The notes beneath the pieces were generated by a model that saw nothing but the letters and a program-made list of their open reading frames with translations, made no database searches and was not told the DNA's origin. From contig NW_003526943.1 of NCBI RefSeq assembly GCF_000181795.1, forward strand, positions 5,220,588 to 5,284,587: DNA of 64,000 nucleotides. Reading direction: 5' to 3'. Made by a program: the position numbers and the translations under genes. This DNA comes from Trichinella spiralis. Its lineage: Eukaryota. Position 1 is the stretch's first letter. Every line of letters starts with the position of its first letter. Of the stretch, positions 1 through 11,010 are shown piece after piece.

Positions 1-1220
1 TATCAATTTGTTTCTTAATATGATGAAGTTAAAAATAAGTTTAAATTGAATTTAGAAGTTACAGGTGCTATTAGTAAGAAAGATCACGTGGATTCACCAT
101 TTCATTGAATTTCATTAAATAATTAATTGTAATTAATTTCACTAAATAAATATTATAAAATAGTAATTTTTTAATATACATATATAATATAGAAGATAAA
201 TAGTAACGCTTTGAATGTCAGAAAACTGACCATTAAAAAGAAATCAAAATTTGACAAATAGCACGCATTACAATGACAACCAATAAAAATTTAGATTTGC
301 GACAACGAATAAAACTCATCGCAACAACAACTAATGAATTTTAGCCGGCTTGAAAACCAATGAAATTTAGAACCCATCAAATGTTGAGCGGCGTGCCTTT
401 GAAGTCAAAACCGAGAGTCACCAATCCATTTTCAGAACAATGCCCATAAACTGGATCATGTGGTCACTAAGAAACGGGATCTTTCAGTTTCCCTGATATA
501 TACCATCCCCTTTGGACTTTTCTGCCATGTTATCATTGTATTTCATTGTCACTAATAATTGCTTGAAGTATTCGAACAGATCCCGTATCTTGTCTACGTT
601 TAAATGAACCGCAGCATGATATCTACATACTAAAATGAACGTTTACTTTTGAAGCTCATCATCCAACATGTCACCGACAGTTTGTTTCCGGTGTTACTTT
701 ATCCATGTCCAGGATTTACTGATGTCCACTGGAACACTGTCCACTGAGCTTTCTGATAAAGATCATCAGGTGCGATTACTTGTTCTTCGTCTCTCAGTGT
801 CTGGTTCTGAGATGTCTGCATCAGGAAACCCGCTGACTTCAACAACACGACCACCAAATCTATTTGTCCGTACTTTCCGCTCTGCACCCATGTGATGATT
901 CGTGAATAAGCACGTCAAAACTCAAGGGATATCAAATGCTTGATCAGGACTGACGTTGAAATAATAATGAGCCTCTTCCAACTGCAGTTGCAAATCTAAC
1001 AAATTGTCACGGAACGCCATCACTTCCTAGAGTAGTTCCCGGATGACATCAGGATGCGACGCTTCTTCGCAGAGTTACATCAGTTGATCGACCATACCTT
1101 GAAGTTTCGCCCTTCGAACTTCTACTTTGTTCACCAAAGTCTCGGCCTACATGACAAATCTATTCGAACAGGGAACGTATGTCAAACTGAGTGGATTTCC
1201 CCTTGCCTTTCGCCAAGACA

Positions 1221-1236
1221 TCAGCTCGTAGGACCA
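1221..1236 (-). other. Primer-binding site, tRNA-Tyr type
   Basis: TGGTCCTACGAGCTGA, 3 nt from the LTR end. Confidence 0.75.
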
Positions 1237-1239
1237 GAA

Positions 1240-1641
1240 TGTAACGAACAAAACTACGGGTTCACTAGCTCGCGATCGTGGTGGACTGTAGTTTTTTCGC
1301 ACTGAAAGGCAGGAAAGTCTAATACTTTCGACAATCCAACCTTAACCGTGTTGCACTCACTTCCGTCACGATAACCGTCTATCGAAACTAGATCAAGTAT
1401 CGACACTGTTTACTCAAAACGAAGCATAGTGAGTCAAAGATAATAAAACAAAGAAATCACTCGATATAGCACAAACAAACAAAAAACAGACACACTGAAA
1501 GCATCCTTCGAAACAAACGACAAACAAACCGAGCCAAACGAGCGAGCTCACACGCGTGGCCACCGTACACTATAATATTCTAAATACTGACGGGCAGGTT
1601 CCTTCGCGTTGACAACAGAAACCCTTCTTCCGTCGTCTACA
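1240..1641 (-). repeat. LTR (~402 bp) with TGTA...TACA ends
   Basis: TG...CA termini with the inverted repeat TGTA(G)ACGA, directly upstream of the PBS. No second copy was seen in the window. Confidence 0.7.
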
Positions 1642-2277
1642 GTGGGAAATGTATTTTATAATTCATTTACATTAGCGAAATCAATTTATATTAGAATATC
1701 AGTAATCATTCGGTCTTTATAAATTTTAAATTGCGTTGGACATTTTGCATTTTTAGTTTTATTCTGAACAACAATTGTAGCTTCTGCCTACTCATCAACA
1801 ATAATTAAACACAATTGTTCCTGTTTTTAATGCCTATGAGCAGTATGTTTTAATTGAGTTTCTCACAATGTAGTTGAGATAAAGTATATTTAATTTAATT
1901 TTTATTCGGATGAAATTGTTTTCCCAATTTCACAAGTCTACAATTTTAAAGATTTTCAAGTACATAATTTTGTACAGTAAACAAGAATTACAGTGCAACA
2001 AAATAACTTTAGTTTTTTTTGTTATTTAAATATTTTTGACAATTAATCAAATGTAACTGGAAGGTGATAAATATTTTTAAAAAATTAAAAAATCATTTGA
2101 TTTTTATTTGTGTATATTTAGAAAGTTTTCAGATTGTTTTTCTAGTCATTTATTTGTTATTATTAAACTTTATTAGCTTACCATATTAGTACGTATTTGT
2201 TAGTACATCTGATATCACGTTGAGCATCAGTCTCATAGAATTATGACAAAATAAGCAATACTTTTGTTCCATTGAAT

Positions 2278-3984
2278 ATGGATTCTTTAATCAAAGATTC
2301 TTGTTATTGTTATCTTTTGAAATATAATCCAAAAATTTATGATTGTGATGTCGTTTCTTGTCAGGTCTTTGACTTTTTGCCTCATTCTTGCAACGATCTG
2401 TTTAATGGCGAAGTTTTAGCTAAGCGCAATGGAAATCACATTATTTTGTCTGTTAGCCAAACTATTTTGCTGTTACTGCATTCACTTAAAAAATCACTAA
2501 GTTTATTTCCTGGTATTTCTCTTTCTGAATGTGCATCGCAGAATTTCTGTAATTTCATCATCAGACATTTTTTCACATCCGTACACGGCCATCCGAACCC
2601 ATTTATTGAATCACTTCTACGGTTGATTCAAATACTTGTAAGTGTTTTTGATAACTGTTTTGTTTGATTAACATTATTCGTTCTCATATTAGGGCAAAGC
2701 GAAGTTTTCAATATCAGAAATTACACTTGCTGTTAATGTTCGTCTTCAAGTTTGGAATTCACATATATCTTCAGTTCCGTTGAGAGGAAATTATAAGCGA
2801 GTGTGCAATTTCCCATTTATTAGCTTCGTAAAATTGTTACAGATTGTTATTTAGGAATCTCTTACTGATGATGAGTATGCTTATATTTTGGCGCATGTGT
2901 ACTTAACGAAAAACATCAAGAATATTTATTACAACGAAATATTCCCGAAGAATATTACTAGCAAGAATCCTTTCAATTACAAATCTAATTTTGACCGTTA
3001 TTTGCTTATTTCTTCATCTTTTATTCAGTGCCTTTATTCGAATCCAGTTCCTACTTATTTTATACTAGATAAGAGAGCAGGTGTCATACTGGTACGTTAC
3101 TTATTTGAACATATTAACAGTTGTACTGCTTATTTATTGCTTATTCAGTTGTCAAAAAGTATGTGCCAAGAACTTTTGTGGCTTCTACCGATTCCTTTTA
3201 AACGCTATACGGAAAGGGTTTTCAAAGATTTTGCTCTCCTTGCTTCTTATTATTTTTCCAAAATCTCTGAAGATGACATCAATGAAAGCTTTGAACGACT
3301 AAAGGCAGTTAAAAGGTGGGAAAAGCGAATGCAAAGATACTCTGTAGAGGATGGCCTACGAGCTGAAATATTTCTACAATTTGGACAAAAAATGTTTAAG
3401 AAAATGAAGGTATATTGTAAAATCGCCTATACATTAATTTAAAAGTGAATTTTCTCGTATTAATGTATTATTTTCAGAAATTAGAAGCGATGAATGATTT
3501 TATTCAAAGTGATGACAAAGTCAAAGCTAACGTGCTGACTCGACATTTTCCGAGGTTTCAGCTCAATTCCGGTGTGAAGAATCTAAATTTGCACACGATG
3601 ACATTGAGATCTGCAGTACTGCATCGACAGTGGTTCATTGCTGCTCAGTCTGTCCAGTGCTATCATAAAACAGTATCGACGACTCAAAAACATTTTGCCA
3701 TCATGCAGTCACAAATATCTTTCAGATCCACATGGCTTGTTGGTTTACAGCTGTTGTCTATGCAAGAAAACTGCATCAATTTTGATAGAAAAGTTATGAC
3801 ATTTTTAGAATATATGATGAAATATCCTGACTTTTCAAAACTTGAAATGCAATACGATGTTTACCTCTGGCTTTTGGTAAAAGGTTATTTGACAGATGCG
3901 TGCACTCTGACCGTTTCCTCTGCTAAATATTTGGTTGCTGACAAATATGATCTTATTTTCCGTGCACTGATGGTTTTGTTATGA
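2278..3984 (+). CDS. Multi-exon gene with a C-terminal region resembling TAF1A/TAFI48 (RNA Pol I SL1 subunit); 3' end probably lost in low-quality sequence
   Basis: Phase-compatible exons 2278-2637, 2693-2800, 2855-3409 and 3478-~3984 with GT-AG introns. Exon 4 reads VLHRQWFIAAQSVQCYHKT...TWLVGLQLL...TFLEYM...YLWLLVKGYLTDA, which parallels the TAF1A N-terminal pattern as I recall it. Confidence 0.55.
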
Positions 3985-5695
3985 AAATTTGCAAAAAATA
4001 TATAGGAGAGCTGCATTTGGAGTCAAATCGAATTACCAATCTAGACCTGGGGCTTGGGCAGTCTCATCAAACCATCAGCATTTTGGTCATTTCCATTTTC
4101 AAGCAGGATGGTGGCANCTGGGGATTAATTAATGAAAAGTCGATTTAAAGAAGAAAACATTGGCATTGTTAGAAGGGGAGGGCTCTTTCATTTTTTTTGT
4201 TGCTTTNGTTTCATCTGACACGTTTCTATTAGGCCAAGTAAATCGAGCTGATTGAATTGCTTAGATCTTGGGTGCCGATTGGTCTAACTTCAAGGTTACT
4301 GTATCAATAGCACNAGGCANTAAATTTTAGCTTTCAAAATATAAGATCCAAAAGAACACTATCCAACTTTGGAAGAGTGGAATCGCAGATCAATTTGTTA
4401 ATCTGAGGCGTCTTCGAAAAACAAACGTTGGAAGGGCAGCTTATGGATCATCAGTTCAAAGGACAACATAAGGTGTGAATACAGCAATAGTCGCACAGTC
4501 GTAGGAAAAGTAAGCATTGGTAAATTCACGCAAATACAGCGCAGCAATTTTTCGTTTTTATGTGAATANNNNNNNNNNCAGGCTTGAAAATTGCGAACAC
4601 CACCCCCCAGTCGAATGTCGTGCACGTTGATTATTTTAGCCGACGTTACCGTTTTCAAGGGGGAGGAAAGAAACAAGGTAAACAAGGAAGAGAAGTTGTT
4701 CTTCCCCCCTTTTCCCAACATCTTCTATTTTACTATCCTTCATCAAGGAGAAGTTCCAATTTTTATTGAAATTTGTATTATTGCTTTTTTTGTTGCTGTA
4801 AATTTCCCCCTCCCCCTCTTCATTTCCCCCTTCTCGCTTCGCATCACATCACCCAATACAGTTGTATGCGCCGCATAAGTTGTTCAATTGTTTTTCAATT
4901 TATCCAATTGTGTCAAATTGTAAAATCTGTTCAATTCTTCAACTCCATAGCAATGGAATAATAATTTTTACCCGTCACCTTCTACCGATATACTTGACAT
5001 GATTTTTCCAGTTTTCTTTTACAAAATGAAGTATAATTTCAAGCATCCGCTTGTGCAGTTGAAAGTTTTTTCAACAATGTCCAACATCCATGCATCGTTT
5101 AATTTTGAAAAGTTAAACTTTTAAATTTGGAATATTCAACTGGACTAATTGTGTAAAAAGTTATTCTCATCCAATTTAGATTTGCAGTTCAAGGTGATTT
5201 CGATTTTCAAACCCAATACGAGATAAACGCAATTAAATGACATATTATGCCCACAAAATGTGAAAACATTATAAATTAGACATTATATTTTGGTGTTTTC
5301 TTCAATTTAACATTGCAAACAAAAATGTGACAACGAAATGAAGCTTTCAATTGAAAATAATGATTTTTTGATAAAGGTGGTATTTGTAAAAAAAAACAAG
5401 AACTAATTTCATACATAGCAATGTTATGTTTTTTCATTGAAATTATTTTCCAGTTTATTTTTTTTTGCTTTTTGAATATGCAGAGTTTGTCATTGAACAA
5501 TAAAAATACAACATGATGAAAGCTGCTTGTAAACTGAATTAAATTTAATATTAAATATTCATTTCGTATTCGGTTTTGTTGACATGAATGAAAATCATTT
5601 TAAAATCAAATAGTGAATTTTGTGCCAATAAAACTACTTTTTTGTACAATGTTATTTTGTTCAAATGTAAAAATGAACAAGTAGCTTTTTTTCAG

Positions 5696-6960
5696 ATAGA
5701 AGCAAACCTGTATCAATCGGAGGATAGTTTTCATCGAAGATTGCAAGATCAGCGTAAAAATGCTTCGAATTCTTCAATAGATTATTTGAAGCACAAACCG
5801 CACAAAGAGCAACCGGGACGATTTATGGACAGCGATCCGCATGGGAAAAGTCCCGAAGAAAGTGGCAGCCATTACGAAGGTAACAAAAGTGGATAAAGTT
5901 GTTTCAAACATTTGTTTCATTATTTTTACTTTTTGCAGGTGATATTGTGCTGACACCTGAACAAGCTGAAGAGCTTTATTCTTCACTTGTGCATAAAAAT
6001 GATCGACGTCAAAAGCGCAAATTTATCGCTTTGAACGCAAGGCATTGGGATTCATCTGTGCCGATTGATTACAGTTTCGACGGATCGCACAGTAATTAAG
6101 ATGGAAATTAATTATTTAAAAGAAAAACTTAAAGCATTAATATTTTGTAGCTTCAAAGCAAGAACGACTTATAGAATTGGCGTTGAAGCACTGGGAAAAT
6201 GTTACTTGCCTGCGTTTCCGAAGACGCTTCGACACGCCGAAGGGAAATCGGATAATTTTCACTGATGTAGATGGATGTGCTTCGAATGTTGGTCGAAATC
6301 CAATGAAAGAACCTCAGTATGTTTCTCTGTCGTTGGATTGTATGAAGGTGAGTTAAGATTGGTTGGTTGGAAAAGGTTTTTATTAAAAAGAACGACATTT
6401 CAGTTGGGAGTGATTGCTCATGAAGTGGCGCATGCGTTGGGCTTTTGGCATGAACAATCTCGTCCGGACAGAGATCGTTTTGTAAATGTGGTGTGGAGAA
6501 ATATTGATGAAGGCTCGTTGGCTCAGTTTCTTAAAGAGCAAACCCGGGAAGTGGATTCCAAAGGTATACCGTATGATTATGGTTCCATCATGCACTATAG
6601 GAGTAAAGTATACATTGTATGCTCATTTGAATCTTCATTCAATAGTATCAGTGGTTGTTGTTTTTAGGCTTTTGCCAAAAATGGTGATTTGTACACCCTA
6701 TTGACAAATGTTCAAAATTATCAAAGGACGATTGGTCAACGTGATCATTTATCATTCAATGATATTCGCTTGATGAATCAAATTTACTGTAGTCGTAAGT
6801 TCTCGAACAACAACAACAACAACAAATGAAATAATTGACATGCGTGTGCAAATGAAATTTTTCAGACGTTTGCACCCCTTTGAATTGTCAACGTGGAGGC
6901 TATACAGATCCGAAGAAATGCAGCCGTTGCCGTTGCCCTGACCGTTTTACCGGCGCCTTT
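5696..6960 (+). CDS. dpy-31: Astacin metalloprotease, DPY-31/NAS-35 (procollagen C-proteinase) orthologue, partial
   Basis: Exons ~5696-5879, 5939-6091, 6151-6347, 6404-6607, 6669-6794 and 6866-~6960. Prodomain EGDIVLTPEQA, furin site RRQKR, mature start KFIALNARHWD...YSFDGSH, FTDVDGCASNVGR, zinc motif HEVAHALGFWHEQSRPDRD, Met-turn SIMHY, then EGF-like CQRGGYTDPKKCSRCRCP. The first exon was not located; CUB/TSP1 domains would fall in the gap. Confidence 0.88.
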
Positions 6961-7318
6961 GTGAAATCTTACCTTCCTCCCTCTTTAGATCATATTTCTC
7001 TCTGTCTTTTACTTTCCTGATCATGATCGACTGAAAAGCCTCCCTGGCAAACCATAAACAATGCTGCCCTTAATTTCTACATCACAACCTGCACCTGGAT
7101 TCGGAACAAATATTAAACACGGTTACTGTTTACTTGGATATCTGAGATGAAACGTCTAAATTGAATTTATTGTTTGCTTACGTATAACAAGAGCATATAA
7201 ATTTGATATCTTGACCTTGTACAATGAATTTTCACTCTATGCTCTATCTTAATATTATGATTATTCATAATCTGTCACATTGTGACCAACAGATGTACTG
7301 CACTTAGCACGACATCCC

Positions 7319-8170
7319 NNNNNNNNNNNNNNNNNNNNNNNNNNNNNNNNNNNNNNNNNNNNNNNNNNNNNNNNNNNNNNNNNNNNNNNNNNNNNNNNNN
7401 NNNNNNNNNNNNNNNNNNNNNNNNNNNNNNNNNNNNNNNNNNNNNNNNNNNNNNNNNNNNNNNNNNNNNNNNNNNNNNNNNNNNNNNNNNNNNNNNNNNN
7501 NNNNNNNNNNNNNNNNNNNNNNNNNNNNNNNNNNNNNNNNNNNNNNNNNNNNNNNNNNNNNNNNNNNNNNNNNNNNNNNNNNNNNNNNNNNNNNNNNNNN
7601 NNNNNNNNNNNNNNNNNNNNNNNNNNNNNNNNNNNNNNNNNNNNNNNNNNNNNNNNNNNNNNNNNNNNNNNNNNNNNNNNNNNNNNNNNNNNNNNNNNNN
7701 NNNNNNNNNNNNNNNNNNNNNNNNNNNNNNNNNNNNNNNNNNNNNNNNNNNNNNNNNNNNNNNNNNNNNNNNNNNNNNNNNNNNNNNNNNNNNNNNNNNN
7801 NNNNNNNNNNNNNNNNNNNNNNNNNNNNNNNNNNNNNNNNNNNNNNNNNNNNNNNNNNNNNNNNNNNNNNNNNNNNNNNNNNNNNNNNNNNNNNNNNNNN
7901 NNNNNNNNNNNNNNNNNNNNNNNNNNNNNNNNNNNNNNNNNNNNNNNNNNNNNNNNNNNNNNNNNNNNNNNNNNNNNNNNNNNNNNNNNNNNNNNNNNNN
8001 NNNNNNNNNNNNNNNNNNNNNNNNNNNNNNNNNNNNNNNNNNNNNNNNNNNNNNNNNNNNNNNNNNNNNNNNNNNNNNNNNNNNNNNNNNNNNNNNNNNN
8101 NNNNNNNNNNNNNNNNNNNNNNNNNNNNNNNNNNNNNNNNNNNNNNNNNNNNNNNNNNNNNNNNNNNNNN
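7319..8170. other. Assembly gap (N run)
   Basis: 852 consecutive N; the ORFs predicted across it are artefacts. Confidence 1.
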
Positions 8171-8319
8171 TAAATCATTAATGGGAAATTGATTGAAAAT
8201 TAAATGCTCGTATATGTTATGCAAAAATGCAAAAAAAAAATTAAAAAACTGCTTTAAATTATTATAAAAGTTATTACATATTTTTGAAAATTATGCCCTG
8301 AAAAAAAATTTTTTTGCAA

Positions 8320-11010
8320 ACATGTACTTTTTTCTCTGCAGATGATGCATTTTCCGTTTTTCCCTCGTCTTGACAGCCGGCGTAACAAGCGGAAAAATAT
8401 GTTACCCCAAGAGCTTCATCACATACAGGATTGTATATATTGCTGCATCCACATTCTTCATTGCACATTTGTAAAATTCCATCTGAACTTGACTGACTAT
8501 GTAAGCAATTATTCATATTATTTTATTCGTTTTTCGTTTTGATGAATGTAATTGAAGCTAATGTTAAAAGTACTCACTCGTACGCAGAGTCAATTCCAGC
8601 TAACTTGATCCTGTAGCATTTGATTAGAAAAGAAAATGTCAACACGGTGCCAATTGCTTCAAGTATGGTGCACAGTAGAATGGTTTGTCTGCATCTAAGT
8701 TTGCGCCATTTGATTACGTAACCGCCCAAAATGTTTCCAAATACTCCAACAGGCACAACGATAGAACCTGGAGTGAAAAAAATTGTTGTTTACAAAATTA
8801 TGCAATTTAAATTGAATGAAATTGCCTGTAATGATGGATGACAAACCAGCCGTAATTGAAAACGCATTTTGGAAAATTTTCGGCATAAAAGTGATAAATG
8901 CGTTCATCAAGAAACTGTTTATCACATCTCTGAGTACTAGAAGCAAGTATGTGAAATTTTTGAGCAAAACCTTGAACAAATTTATAATTAAATAATAAAA
9001 AGAAATGATATGAAATGAAATGATTCTACCAAGCACAATTTTGGTAGATCTTTGATTTGGCCTGTGAAATGCAAAGTAGCCGCAGCGCTGCCAATACTGT
9101 GCTGATTTGCCTCGTTAACCCGCGTATTTTTATACTTTTGAGCATCTGAAATTTTGGACATTAAAAATTGTTAAAATTTAAATTTAAAAAATAAAAAATG
9201 TTTTGTTCTCAGAAAATTCACCATTGAATTCTTTGTCAAATAAACTTAATGGAAAACTGACGAGAAAACTAAGCATGCCGGTAATTAAAAATCCAATCCA
9301 CCAAGCCCCGTACCACGAAGGGTGATCCGGCTTGATGGATATTCTGAAAATTTGAAAATACACTTAATTCAAAGTTTAAAAAGAAAACAAAAGTGAAAAA
9401 CATGGTGGAAAAAAGTTTAACAATTGACTACTCACTGATCTTGGGTAATTTTGTCAATGTCACCGTTGATGTTCAGCAACATCCCGCCAATGATGAAGCC
9501 CAACGCTGGTCCAAGAGTGGCGAATGCGAAATAAATGCCCAAATAAACGGGCGACATCTTCTGCGAGACATTCTCATCCAAATAAGCAACACCAAGAGTA
9601 TACAGCGGTGCGGCTCCTATGCCGTGCAGGACTTGTCCAAGAAGTAAGATGTAAAAAAAATATGGTTGGGCATTTTTATTGAAAATTTCGTCACTTTTCA
9701 CATTGAACAAAGAAGCTGTGCTGTGATTTTTGCGACAAATTTCAAATTGTTCACTTTCTGAATATTCATACGGTTCGCTGATGAAATGTGGAAGTGTGCA
9801 AATTAAGGAACCAAAAGCCATGACGAGCATTCCCAAGCTCAGCCATTTGCCTTTGTGACCTGAAACGAGCAAACTTTTCAAAACAACATTTAAATTAAAA
9901 TATTATTCATGACTAATTGCAATTTTTGGACTTTGTTTTTACTTTTCATGAAAATAAAAGAAAAATGGAATACAATCTAGGCAACTGCTTCAACTTTGCA
10001 CTATTATTTCTGATTCATCTGCGCTGTAATAAATAATGTATGCCAGGCAATTTATTCCAAGTTTATATTCAATATAGGACTTATATTAACCTGACATTAA
10101 TTTCTATATATTATTAATTGGAATTTATTTATGAAACAAAGATGAAATGAAAGTTCAAAATTTTTTAGATGTAATTTCTCACAAATTTGCATTGATATTT
10201 ATTAATACATTGATTTGTTGAATAAGGTGAAGAGAATTTTTTCATACATGCACTATTTCTTTCGTACAATGCAATTGATGTTGAAAGTTCAAAATTTTGA
10301 TAATAATAAGTTCGCATTTCAAATATTTTCAAACTGAAGCTATAAATAATGTTTACCTTTGTCTCCGAAGTGACAAACTGGAAGCAAAACAACAAGAACA
10401 GCAATGTCGTAAGCACTGGAGAACAAGCCGCTCTGGGAACTGCTCAACTGAAATCTGCTTTCTAAAGTTGTGATGCTATTTGGCACGAATCCATTTATGG
10501 CCATGCTTTGAGAAGTTGCACTGATGCATAATATGATCAATAAAAATTTTGCCTTTTGAAAGTTTCTCAACAGTTTATAGATGCATCTAAAAATGATAGA
10601 TATTATTAATTGGTGATCAACAAATTCTTGTTTGAGAAAAATTGCATCAAGTTATACAACTAATATTTAAAAAATGTGAGAAAATTTACTCTTCATTCCA
10701 TTTAATAAAGGTTGAATTAATTGAAGCGACAAGAAGAAAACCAGTGTAGCAGCAAAAAATAAAAATGAGAACAGTCAAAATGGTAATATTTGAACACACA
10801 CAGAAAGAAAATGGCAATAGCACATTTAATAATGTTAATTAAATTAAAATTCCCAAATTGGAAATATTGAATTAATTACCGTTTGAAATTTTCAAAACTT
10901 TTCGATCTGGCTGCAGGTTGATTGGTGCTGTTGTTGCCCGGATGATGATGATGATGATATTTTGGGGAAGTGAAATTAAAATTGTTCACAGCAGAGCTTT
11001 TCTCTTCCAT
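8320..11010 (-). CDS. Organic anion transporting polypeptide (OATP/SLCO), 3' end truncated by the gap
   Basis: ATG at 11010; exons ~11010-10880, 10586-10357, 9859-9436, 9343-9222, 9146-9030, 8971-8826, 8767-8578 and 8484-~8328. Motifs: ITTLESRFQLSSSQSG, GIGAAPLYTLGVAYLDENV, OATP signature HPSWYGAWWIGFL, Kazal-like CNEECGCSNIYNPVC...TYFSACYAGC. Confidence 0.93.

Larger units (their letters stand above)
370..1641 (-). mobile_element. Decayed BEL/Pao LTR retrotransposon: 5' LTR, PBS and pseudogenised gag start
   Basis: On the minus strand, 1641-1240 starts TGTAGACGA and ends TCGTTACA (imperfect terminal inverted repeat). 3 nt later comes TGGTCCTACGAGCTGA, a near match to the tRNA-Tyr PBS TGGTCCTTCGAGCCGG. 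Downstream is a stop-interrupted coiled-coil-like frame (LVNKVEVRRAKLQGMVDQLM*LCEEASHPDVIRELL*EVMAFRDNLLDLQLQLEEA). The segment is more GC-rich than its flanks. Confidence 0.75.

Noticed and set aside
3990..5000. Short ORFs on both strands and a possible minus-strand first exon (MSSISVEGD|gt)
   Set aside because: Scattered Ns and homopolymer-rich low-quality sequence; no recognisable domain or exon chain
7261..8224. Three ~300-aa ORFs
   Set aside because: Made almost entirely of N-derived X residues
10148..10299. 17-nt direct repeat TGAAAGTTCAAAATTTT in an OATP intron
   Set aside because: Only two AT-rich copies; no array or element structure
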